From: Lysobacterales bacterium
Lineage (GTDB): Bacteria; Pseudomonadota; Gammaproteobacteria; Xanthomonadales; SZUA-5
Assembly: GCA_022844165.1 (NCBI GenBank)
Contig: JALHMH010000001.1
Location: 32,001 to 96,000 of the forward strand
DNA: 64,000 nt
Direction: 5' to 3'
Shown here: piece by piece, positions 30,732-39,229 of the stretch
Numbering within the stretch: position 1 is the first letter of the stretch
Layout: the number at the start of each line of letters is the position of its first letter
The notes under the pieces: generated by a model
Databases searched by the model: none
Seen by the model: the letters and a program-made list of their open reading frames with translations, nothing else
What the model was told of the DNA's origin: nothing
Program-made: the position numbers and the translations under genes

Positions 30732-33700
30732 GCGTGCCGAGTTCACCTCTTCGCGGTTGTTTCGCCTCTAGTAGCGCGGCTGGACTCAGCGCACGCCTGC
30801 GCGCCGTGCATTCTGTGGCCATCGCCCGGGAACTGAGCGTGCTCAGCGCCTCGTTGCGCAATGGCAACAGCGAGGAGTTGGGCGATCTGACCGAACTTGC
30901 CGACGGCGATGCGTTGGCCGAAGTTCTGGATGAGCTTGCCAGGCGCCTGACCACGCCTGAGCAGATCGCTGCGCAACCGATGCCGGCCTGGGTCAGCATC
31001 GCGCAGCGTTCGCGGGACTATGTCGATATCGACGATTTGTCGCCGCTGGTGGAGCGCATTGTGGCGCGTATCGCGCGCCGCGTCGCACCCGGAACCCGTA
31101 GCTTCGTTGAACTCTATGTTTGGGAAGCGCAGGCAGCATTCGAGGTGTTTCGACAACGCTTTCAGATCGCGCAGGATATCGATGCCATCGTTGCCGAAGT
31201 GTTTGCCGGGCTGGCCCATGCAATGCGCCTCCTCGATGAAGACGCGAGCCAGGTGGATCTGGAGGAGTTGCAAAGCAGCTTCGCGCAAGTCTTGCGCGAG
31301 TGGACGAAGCTGTTGAGCGACATGGGCGCAGTGGTCGATCTGGAACTGATCAGACTCTTCGTCAACGAACTTGCGGTTCGCTACCGCTTGAGCCCGCGGA
31401 TATGGTCGTTGCTGATTTTGCGCCTCGATCGCGCGTTTTCGGTGCGCGCCGATAACCGCCTCGAACACGTCTTCGGCGATGCGATCGAGGGCTTGCTCGG
31501 TGCTACGCAACGGTTCGATTTCTTGCGCGATCTGCGCAGCGACGGGTATGCCTATTTGCCACCGGACGCCGAGTTGTGGGGCGATCTGGTCAGCGTGATG
31601 ATTGTCGTTTCGCTACGTCCGGGCTCGCGCCTGGAAGCGCGTTCGGCGCGGGCTTTGAATTTGGCGGCCGTCAGCGATCTGGTCGGCGGGCGTTGGGACG
31701 ATTTCGAGCAAGCCGTTCGCCTCGGCTCGGCCGGCCTGCGCAATCGCTGGGAGCGCAATTTCCTGGACTTGTACACGGCGGGGTCAGCGCGCCTGCTGAC
31801 GGTCGCCAAAGTTGCCAGTGAGCTGGCAGCGCAGGACTTGAGTGCAGTCCACGATCCGTCTGTCGAAACGTTGCTGCTGAAGGCGCGCGCAGCGATCGTA
31901 CTGGGCGCTGATGTGCCTGCTCAGCGCAGTCTGTTTCGTGTTGGCCTTTCGCAGGTGATCGAATTGCCCAATCGCTCGCAGTTGCGCGTACTCGCGCAGC
32001 AGGCGTCCGGCGGCGATGCCGAACTGAATTCCGCACTCAAGGATCTATTTGAGCTGGCGCAGGTGTCGGGACATCAAGCCGAAGACCTGGCGCCAGCTGC
32101 GGCCGGTCTGCTCGCACAGATGGTTGCGCCGAACGACCCTGCCGTGGCGTGTCTATTGCAATTATTCGCCGGCATGCATCGCATCTTCGACGAGCACGAA
32201 GCGCGCGCCGAACTGCGGGCACATATGGCGCGGACGCTGCTCGAGGGTTGGCAGACTCGCGCCGGATCGGAGTTGACCGCCCTGCATGCGGCGCTCAGTT
32301 TCCTGCGCGCCAGCGCGCACTGGAAAAACAGTCAGCTCGCAAAGCTGATGATCGCCTTCGAGCCATCGCTGCGTTCGGTTTCGGCCGCGGTCAAAATTTC
32401 CAGAGTGGCCGCTGAACTTGCCGATCAAGCCAGCGCTGCGGTCCTGCGCGACTATCCGCATTACGCCGAACGAATTGGCGAAAGCGGTTGCGCCGCGACG
32501 CGCCGTGACAACTACTTTACCGTCTTGCGGCTGGCACAAGTTCTGGGTGGGGCCAACGCATCGCCCAAAGAAACGATGGTGTGGTGGTGGTTGAGCACGA
32601 TCGGCGTCTATCTGCGCAATCGCGATCAGTCTGTGATGCAAGGCAACCTGCGCGCCATCGTGCACGCGCTGACGCCGCATTTAAGAGTCGAAGAACTGCT
32701 GATCTGCAGCGATATCCTGACGGCCGTGTACCGGAAGGGATTGGCAATCGACATCCCGCGCGATCTGGGCGTCGGATCGGTGTTGAACTTTCGACAAATG
32801 GCCGAGCGCGGCCCGTTATGGCGTAGCGCGTTCACCATGCGCCGTGCCGCATCGCCCCACCACGGCCTGCTCGGCGACTACTTGAAAACTTACGCCGCGG
32901 CCGACACCGAAGGCGCGGCTGTGATCGATGTTTGGCGCAACTTCGCGGCACAGTGGCAGGCGCTGGGCGATCCGGCGATGGCCTGGTCGGAACTGTCGGC
33001 ACAGGTGTCCCAGGCGATCCGCGCCGTGGGCGCGAATCGGTTGCAGTCGGCTTGGGTTCGCGAGCTGCGAGTATTTGGCGCGATGCCCGAATGCGCCATG
33101 CACCATTTGTTGTTGGCGCAAGGCCTGGAGCGAGTGCAACTGGTGGCCTTTGGGTTGAACCTGGCGCCGCGCATCGCCGAGTTGTCTGCATTGATGGGAC
33201 GCTCAGCGCATGTTCTGCCGGAAACGCCAGAAGGTCGCGGCGAGTTGTTCGCGCACAAGGGCGAGCGTGACCTGGCGCTACTGCTGAATGTGTTGGCGGA
33301 GGCCTGCTGCAGTGGCGATCAAGGTCTCGCAACACTGAATGCTGGACGCTATCTGCTCGAGTGTATCCTGCCCTACGTTCCGTTCTCCGAACAGAGCTGG
33401 GCTTCGGTTTGGGCGGTTGCACTCGCGGAACTCCTGCCGACGTCGTGCGCACCGGTGTCGGCCGCGGCGCAGCGCTGTTTTGCGCTGCTCAATGCCCTCA
33501 CCCGCCAGGCGGATATGCTACGTGCGGTAGGGCAGGAGATTTTTGTCCCCACCTTGCCGGTGTTTTCCGACGATCCGGCACAGGAGGCAGAGTGGCGTGC
33601 GCTGGCCTCCGGGTTAATGGTGGCCGCTGCGGCTGCAGACGCTGGTCTGCCGGGGGAGGCGCTGGCGCAGAGTCTCGCGCTGGCGACTCCATTGTTTGCA

Positions 33701-34576
33701 GAGCAGGCAGTCACCTTGTGGCAGGAAGCCAAAGCGCCGCTTTGTGCGTTGCTTGGAAAATCGCTGTCGCCCAGTTTGCGCTCTGCGCTCGACGGCGTCT
33801 GCGCCGCGCTCGACCGCACGCTTGGCGCCGAACGGATTTTTCAAGGCGCTCCGGCGAGCTCGGCCCTGGATCTGGCATTGGCGCTACGCAGCGCCGACCC
33901 GTACTCGCTGGCGATCTGGCGCTGCGATCGCGTTACGCGGGTGCAGCGGGAAGGTCTGACCACACCGCTGCCGGGGGATCTGACCATGTCCCGCGCAAGC
34001 GGTTGGCAGTGCCCAGAAATGCTCGCCATTCGCCGCGCGATTTCCCACCTCAGCGAATGCACGGCGCTAGCGCCACAGAATGCTGCGCCGGGCCGGCAGG
34101 ACTTCCAGCTCGGGTTACAGCGCCTGGCCTGGTCTACCGCATTCCTGCGCGATGGTATGGGCAACGCACTGGCGCCATGGCTGACGAGCTCGTTGCTCGG
34201 CGGCGAGTGGTACGCACTCGATCTGCCGACGCTCGTGGCGTGGTCCGAGGCATGCATCGGTGAACTCGACGAGCGCTTCGGCGACGACTCGACGCTGGTC
34301 GCGCGGCTGCATGAGGCACTGGCCAGCCTTTGGCTGCCAACCGCTGCCACTCAAAGCGCTGCGGAGCTGCCGGTACGTCAGGGCAATGCACTTGAGCAAC
34401 GGAGTCTTGCCAGTTTTCTGCTGGGTCAGTCCGCACCCAATACACCAGAAGAATCAGCCCGCGGGATGGCGATCGTTCATGCCTCCGGTTGGTTTCAACG
34501 ACTCACCACCTCGCATCAAGCCAGGGTAACGTCGGCGCTGCGCGCAGGTCGCTACCGCGGGAGCCTGCCGGCATGA
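30728..34576 (+). CDS. Very large alpha-helical protein with degenerate phycobiliprotein-like repeats
   Basis: 1282 aa; motifs CAATRRDNYFTV and KGERDLALLL, each followed by a W/Y..I.PY/VY helix as in the upstream gene; ATGA-coupled. Confidence 0.5.
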   Translation: MSVPSSPLRGCFASSSAAGLSARLRAVHSVAIARELSVLSASLRNGNSEELGDLTELADGDALAEVLDELARRLTTPEQIAAQPMPAWVSIAQRSRDYVDIDDLSPLVERIVARIARRVAPGTRSFVELYVWEAQAAFEVFRQRFQIAQDIDAIVAEVFAGLAHAMRLLDEDASQVDLEELQSSFAQVLREWTKLLSDMGAVVDLELIRLFVNELAVRYRLSPRIWSLLILRLDRAFSVRADNRLEHVFGDAIEGLLGATQRFDFLRDLRSDGYAYLPPDAELWGDLVSVMIVVSLRPGSRLEARSARALNLAAVSDLVGGRWDDFEQAVRLGSAGLRNRWERNFLDLYTAGSARLLTVAKVASELAAQDLSAVHDPSVETLLLKARAAIVLGADVPAQRSLFRVGLSQVIELPNRSQLRVLAQQASGGDAELNSALKDLFELAQVSGHQAEDLAPAAAGLLAQMVAPNDPAVACLLQLFAGMHRIFDEHEARAELRAHMARTLLEGWQTRAGSELTALHAALSFLRASAHWKNSQLAKLMIAFEPSLRSVSAAVKISRVAAELADQASAAVLRDYPHYAERIGESGCAATRRDNYFTVLRLAQVLGGANASPKETMVWWWLSTIGVYLRNRDQSVMQGNLRAIVHALTPHLRVEELLICSDILTAVYRKGLAIDIPRDLGVGSVLNFRQMAERGPLWRSAFTMRRAASPHHGLLGDYLKTYAAADTEGAAVIDVWRNFAAQWQALGDPAMAWSELSAQVSQAIRAVGANRLQSAWVRELRVFGAMPECAMHHLLLAQGLERVQLVAFGLNLAPRIAELSALMGRSAHVLPETPEGRGELFAHKGERDLALLLNVLAEACCSGDQGLATLNAGRYLLECILPYVPFSEQSWASVWAVALAELLPTSCAPVSAAAQRCFALLNALTRQADMLRAVGQEIFVPTLPVFSDDPAQEAEWRALASGLMVAAAAADAGLPGEALAQSLALATPLFAEQAVTLWQEAKAPLCALLGKSLSPSLRSALDGVCAALDRTLGAERIFQGAPASSALDLALALRSADPYSLAIWRCDRVTRVQREGLTTPLPGDLTMSRASGWQCPEMLAIRRAISHLSECTALAPQNAAPGRQDFQLGLQRLAWSTAFLRDGMGNALAPWLTSSLLGGEWYALDLPTLVAWSEACIGELDERFGDDSTLVARLHEALASLWLPTAATQSAAELPVRQGNALEQRSLASFLLGQSAPNTPEESARGMAIVHASGWFQRLTTSHQARVTSALRAGRYRGSLPA

Positions 34577-35046
34577 GACAGATCAAATTTCGCGCCGATC
34601 AATCCACGGTTTCGTTGCAAACCGACACCCGACTTCTCGATGCGCTCTTGGCGCATCAAGTGCCGGTGAAGATGGTCTGTGGTGGTCGCGGTTTGTGCGC
34701 TACCTGTCACGTGTACGTCACCGCCGGCGAAGCCAGCCTCACCCCTGCATCGCAGCGCGAACAGTTGGCTCTGAGCGTACTCACCGGCGCTCAGAGCAAC
34801 AGTCGGCTGTCGTGTCAGGCACGGGTGATCGGCGATGGTGTGGAAGTGGCGCTTCCCGATGGCATGTACGTCGAGTCGTTTACTGAACTGGAATCGTTGA
34901 TCGGGCAGCGCACGTCGATGCCGATCTTGCATCCGGTGACCGGCGAGACGCTGGTCGAGGCGAACAAAATCATCATTCGCTCTTCAATCATGCAACTGAA
35001 GGACGTCGATTTCAGTATCGGCGACGTCGGCACGTCCAGGGCATGA
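34573..35046 (+). CDS. 2Fe-2S ferredoxin with C-terminal extension (Slr0148/Fd5-like)
   Basis: CGGRGLCATCHV...RLSCQ; tail LIGQR...ILHPVTGETLVEANKII.RS. Confidence 0.88.
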   Translation: MRQIKFRADQSTVSLQTDTRLLDALLAHQVPVKMVCGGRGLCATCHVYVTAGEASLTPASQREQLALSVLTGAQSNSRLSCQARVIGDGVEVALPDGMYVESFTELESLIGQRTSMPILHPVTGETLVEANKIIIRSSIMQLKDVDFSIGDVGTSRA

Positions 35047-35090
35047 GCGCAGTTTTCGCAGGCAAATCCGATGACTTTGAGTAAAGACTA

Positions 35091-35750
35091 ATGGCTATCG
35101 ATCCAGTACTAGGCGGCGTCCAGGGTTTCCACAATTACTACACGCCCGACGAGTTTTTTCGCCACGATCCCACGGAGGGCTCGATTTATCTGCGCGATGG
35201 CCAGCGCGCGGCCAAGATTTCCGAGGCCTTCATCAACGGACTGCACACCGGAATCGAAGAGGAAGTCGGCAACAGCTCAGGACTGCTGATGTATCGGTGC
35301 GGTCAAGAGTGGGCGCTTGCCGACATGAAACGTTTCTCAGCGCGAATGCGCCAGGAGTTCGGTGGCGGAAAGCTCGACATCTGGCAGATGAACCCGGCTT
35401 TCGTTTGGGAGTGCTGGTGGTGGCCTTTGGCGATCGAAGGATACGGCGGATGGACCTTGGATCTGAGCTTTGCGGACAAGGACATTACGCTGATCGAAAT
35501 CCGCAACTCGGCCGTCGCCAAGTCCATGAAGATGGTCGGCCGCCCGGTCTGCCACATGTACGCGGGGTTGTTTGCCGGCGCCTTCAGCTTTTTTCACCGC
35601 AAGGAGCTGCAGAGCATTGAGGTGCAGTGTTACGCGATGGGCAACGACGTCTGCAAGTTCCTGGTCGGCGACGAGAAACGCGTCAACGCTGCAGAATTCT
35701 GGCGAGAAGAGGGTGCCAGCGCGCAAACCATTCGGGAAAATCTCGCCTGA
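35091..35750 (+). CDS. V4R domain protein (Slr0144-like)
   Basis: GIEEEVG, WWWP...GYG.W, SAVA, PVCHMYAGLFAG, EVQCYAMG..VCKF. Confidence 0.88.
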   Translation: MAIDPVLGGVQGFHNYYTPDEFFRHDPTEGSIYLRDGQRAAKISEAFINGLHTGIEEEVGNSSGLLMYRCGQEWALADMKRFSARMRQEFGGGKLDIWQMNPAFVWECWWWPLAIEGYGGWTLDLSFADKDITLIEIRNSAVAKSMKMVGRPVCHMYAGLFAGAFSFFHRKELQSIEVQCYAMGNDVCKFLVGDEKRVNAAEFWREEGASAQTIRENLA

Positions 35751-35762
35751 GGCGGAACATCC

Positions 35763-37928
35763 ATGATGACAACTCCTAACAGTCAATTGCTTGAACTCGG
35801 CGCTTTCTTTCGCGAAGTTGTCGAAGGCATCGCCGATAGCCAGGCCGGGCGTCGCCCCCCACCTAAGGCCGAGATGCCGACTCTTGATGGCGCTGTGCTG
35901 CTCGACTCGATGCGGGCGATCGTTACCGAGGAACTGCAAGGACTGGCCAGGACGCAGCCACTGCTCGGAAGTGATGATGCCGCGCTACGCGAGGCCCAGG
36001 CCGTGGCCGCCGACAGCGCGCGCCGTATCGAAGAGCTTGAGCTTGCCCACCAGCAGCGCGAGTTGGCGCTGCGCCAGCAGTTGCACGAACGCTACGAGGA
36101 GCAACTGCAAGCCGAACGCAGTCGCCAGGCGCTGGTTGACGAGCGAGTCATCACGCTCGAAAACCGGTTGGATGTCAACGAGACCACCAGACAAAGTCTC
36201 GAATCCGAGCTTCGTGAGCGCAGCGATTTGCTGGCGGTGCTGCGTTCCGAGCTCAACCACATGCATGAGCAGGCGCAGCATCTGGAGCGCAACCATGCGC
36301 TACTGGTCGGCCAGATCGATGAACAAACCGAGCGCGATCGCCAGCGGCAGGCGGAGTTCGATGCTTGCCAGGCGCAACGGGACGAAGCGCTGCGGGCGTT
36401 TGCGCTGCAGGAAGACACCGTCGCTGTCTTGAATGCCGAGCTGGAACAGGCGCGCAACGATCGGCAATCTCAACAGACCAGCGCCAACAGCCTGCGGCTT
36501 GAGTTCGAAGCGAAATTCGAAGAGCGAGAATCGGAAGCGCTGCACATGCTGCTGGCCGCAGAGCAGCGCGCGCGTGAGGATCGTCAGACGTACATAGAAC
36601 AGATCCATCAGTTGACCGAAGCGCTCGATGCCGAGCAACTGCAAAATGCGCAACTCAAGGACGCGATTCTGGTGCTGGAGGCGCAGGCCGAAAACGCTTC
36701 AGACGTGCAGGCATTCGCAGCGGAATTCCAGGCCAAAGACCAACAGCAACAATCCGAACTGAGCGAATTGCGCGAGGCACTGAAGGCCGGGCAAGAGCTC
36801 GCCGAACAGCTTCAGAGCGAACTCGCGTCGGTGCAAACCGCTGCGGTTGCAGACGCAGAGAGGTTGGCGGAGCAACTGCGAGTACGAGAAGAAGAACTGC
36901 AAGTCAAGACCGCCGAATTGGATGGCGCACTGCTCGGCGAACACGCACGCACCGCTGAGTTGCAAGCCGAAATCGCGACACTGCGCGAAGCGCTCGATTC
37001 CGAATCAGCAGCGCGTGCCGCTGACCGAGCACTTCTCGAGGCGCAGCTCAGCACGGAACAAACGCTTACCGTGCAGCTGCAGGCCAACATCGCGCGCCTT
37101 GAGCAAGAGGCACAACACCGGCAGCAGGCCGACGATCGACGCTCGGAATTGACTCAGGCGTTGGATGCCGAGAGAGCGCAGACCGCTCGTCTGAAGACCG
37201 AGATCCTGCAGTTCGAAGCGCGCGTAGCAGCGGCTGCCGAAGCGAACACCAGAATGCTGGCCGCGGTGCAGGAGCTGAGCAGCAAACAATTGCTCGAACT
37301 TGGCAGCGCGCTGAAATCTGAGCAGACATTGACTGCGCAACTGTTGGCCGACATTCAGGCATTGGAAGCACGATCGAATGAGCAGGATCTGGCGCTGGCG
37401 CAAGCGCAAGCGGCTGCCGATGCCGATCGTCACGCACGGCTCGAAGCGCAAGCCGCAGCTCAGGCGCGGGAGCAGGCGCTGATCGAAGCACGCTCGCAGT
37501 TGCAAGCGCTCAACGACCAACAAGAGGCGTCCAGGAAGCGCGCGTCAGTGGGATTCCTGGCGGGGCTTGGAGAGACACCGCCGGTTGATGCATCGCCGAG
37601 CGCAGCGCAGGCTGCCATCGCCGCTGCACCTGTCGCCCCTGCTCCTGTGGCCGCTGCGGTACAAGCCGCTGTAGCACCGATGAGCGCTGTGGAGTTAGAG
37701 CGCGAACAGAAGCGACTGGCGATTCTGAGCCAAAGTACCGATGTGGCCACGGCCAAACTCTATTTCCAGATGCTGCCCTGGCAAGGACTCAAGACCTCTC
37801 GAATTTCTGTTGCCGCAAATGAAAGGGGCGACCCCAGTGGCACGCTCGCTGGTTTTGCTGTCGCCGCCGCTACCCAACAGGCAATCGATTCCAGTCTTTC
37901 AACTCAACCGACGAAGGCCAGACCATGA
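35763..37928 (+). CDS. Long coiled-coil protein with internal repeats
   Basis: E/Q/L/A-rich heptads over about 500 aa; five L..AL..E...TA.L...I..LE repeats. Confidence 0.75.
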   Translation: MMTTPNSQLLELGAFFREVVEGIADSQAGRRPPPKAEMPTLDGAVLLDSMRAIVTEELQGLARTQPLLGSDDAALREAQAVAADSARRIEELELAHQQRELALRQQLHERYEEQLQAERSRQALVDERVITLENRLDVNETTRQSLESELRERSDLLAVLRSELNHMHEQAQHLERNHALLVGQIDEQTERDRQRQAEFDACQAQRDEALRAFALQEDTVAVLNAELEQARNDRQSQQTSANSLRLEFEAKFEERESEALHMLLAAEQRAREDRQTYIEQIHQLTEALDAEQLQNAQLKDAILVLEAQAENASDVQAFAAEFQAKDQQQQSELSELREALKAGQELAEQLQSELASVQTAAVADAERLAEQLRVREEELQVKTAELDGALLGEHARTAELQAEIATLREALDSESAARAADRALLEAQLSTEQTLTVQLQANIARLEQEAQHRQQADDRRSELTQALDAERAQTARLKTEILQFEARVAAAAEANTRMLAAVQELSSKQLLELGSALKSEQTLTAQLLADIQALEARSNEQDLALAQAQAAADADRHARLEAQAAAQAREQALIEARSQLQALNDQQEASRKRASVGFLAGLGETPPVDASPSAAQAAIAAAPVAPAPVAAAVQAAVAPMSAVELEREQKRLAILSQSTDVATAKLYFQMLPWQGLKTSRISVAANERGDPSGTLAGFAVAAATQQAIDSSLSTQPTKARP

Positions 37929-38524
37929 GCACAGTCGCGGCAAATGTTCGTCCCCAGAGCCAGACGCTCAGAAAGCACGCGTTGCTCAAGGAACTCTTTC
38001 GGCGTGCGGAAGGCAGGCATTGGAGCGAAGAGGAACTTAGTCTCTACGCCAAGAGCGCCCCGGAATTCATGGAACGCGTACATGCCGCAAGGGCAATCGC
38101 TCGACATGAAACGGCGGTTGTCGAAAAGACCGTGACCGAAATATTCGCCAGCTACCCATTCACCAAGTACCACGCGTTGGCCGAAATCAAAGCGCCGCGC
38201 GACATCACACAGGTCAGTGTGTACGCCACGGCCGCCATGCTGATGAACGATCACGACTGGTTTCGAGATCGGGTGTTGTTGTGGCTCAAAACCATGCTGC
38301 AGGCATTCGTCTTCCCCAAGCGCGAAGCGGCCAGTCAGCGGACCTTATTCGGCAACCGGGCGGCCACCAACAATCCCGCCGAGAGCATGCCGCAGCGTAA
38401 ACAGGCCGTGTTCGAAACCTACGTTGTGCTCAAACGCAATTACCAGCAGGCGCTTGAGGCCGCGGACTACGCGCAATTTGAGCCTTACCTGCAACAGATC
38501 ATCGACACCCTGTCGGCGGACTAA
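37925..38524 (+). CDS. Single-domain phycobiliprotein-like globin (BBAG / Slr0146-Slr0149-like)
   Basis: AEGRHWSEEEL, R..AA..I, KAPRDI...YA..AML.ND..W.RDR.L.WL.T.L.A. Confidence 0.8.
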   Translation: MSTVAANVRPQSQTLRKHALLKELFRRAEGRHWSEEELSLYAKSAPEFMERVHAARAIARHETAVVEKTVTEIFASYPFTKYHALAEIKAPRDITQVSVYATAAMLMNDHDWFRDRVLLWLKTMLQAFVFPKREAASQRTLFGNRAATNNPAESMPQRKQAVFETYVVLKRNYQQALEAADYAQFEPYLQQIIDTLSAD

Positions 38525-38530
38525 ACAACT

Positions 38531-39229
38531 ATGAGCGCGATGATGAATCAAGCACCAGTCTTGCCAGAAGCCGGCGGCACCGCGTTGACCGCCGGTACGT
38601 CCAGTGCGCGTTTTGCTTCCATGTTGGAGATCGATAGTCTGAACTTCGATTTGTACGAAGGCACGGTGGTCGACCCCAGCGATACCCGCAGCATCTTCCT
38701 GGCAACCGACATTTTGCGTGGCATCCACGCCGCTTTGTCCTATGAAGCTGGCCAGGCTTGGACAATCGTGCTCTATCGCTGCGGTTTTTTATGGGGACAA
38801 AAGACCCTGCGGCATTTCGTGCGCCAATCGCAAGGCGCCTTCGGCGCAAAGTTCGAGCAGATCAGCGTCGACGTTTTCTTGAGCAACCTGATCACTTTCA
38901 TGAACTTCAATGGCTGGGGTGTGCTCAGCATCGACATGCAGCGCGCGACGACGCATGGCGTGCTCCGCATGGAGTTGCGCAAGAGCATTTTCGCCGATGC
39001 CCTCGACCATCTCCGCGAACGCGTGGACTTCATGGTCGCTGGAATGCTGGCTGGCGTATTCAGCGACCTGTCGCGCGCCAGCCTGGCGTGCATTGAAGTA
39101 AGTTCTTCGCTGACCGGCGGCTCGAACTCTGTGTTCCTGTTGAGCGCCAGCGAGCGCATTGAAGCGCTGCGCCCGGCATTGGAAGGCGGCGCCGACGAAC
39201 GCGAGCTGATCGAGCTTCTGTGTGGCTGA
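38531..39229 (+). CDS. Second V4R domain protein (Slr0147-like)
   Basis: GIHAAL..EAG.A...VLYRCG..WG, GWG, SIFA, AGMLAGVFS. Confidence 0.8.
   Translation: MSAMMNQAPVLPEAGGTALTAGTSSARFASMLEIDSLNFDLYEGTVVDPSDTRSIFLATDILRGIHAALSYEAGQAWTIVLYRCGFLWGQKTLRHFVRQSQGAFGAKFEQISVDVFLSNLITFMNFNGWGVLSIDMQRATTHGVLRMELRKSIFADALDHLRERVDFMVAGMLAGVFSDLSRASLACIEVSSSLTGGSNSVFLLSASERIEALRPALEGGADERELIELLCG

Noticed and set aside
28575-38524. Interpreting the globins as a true phycobilisome or evidence of photosynthesis
   Set aside because: No linker, lyase, ApcE, photosystem or chlorophyll genes are in the window, and the sequences are far from canonical Cpc/Apc subunits.
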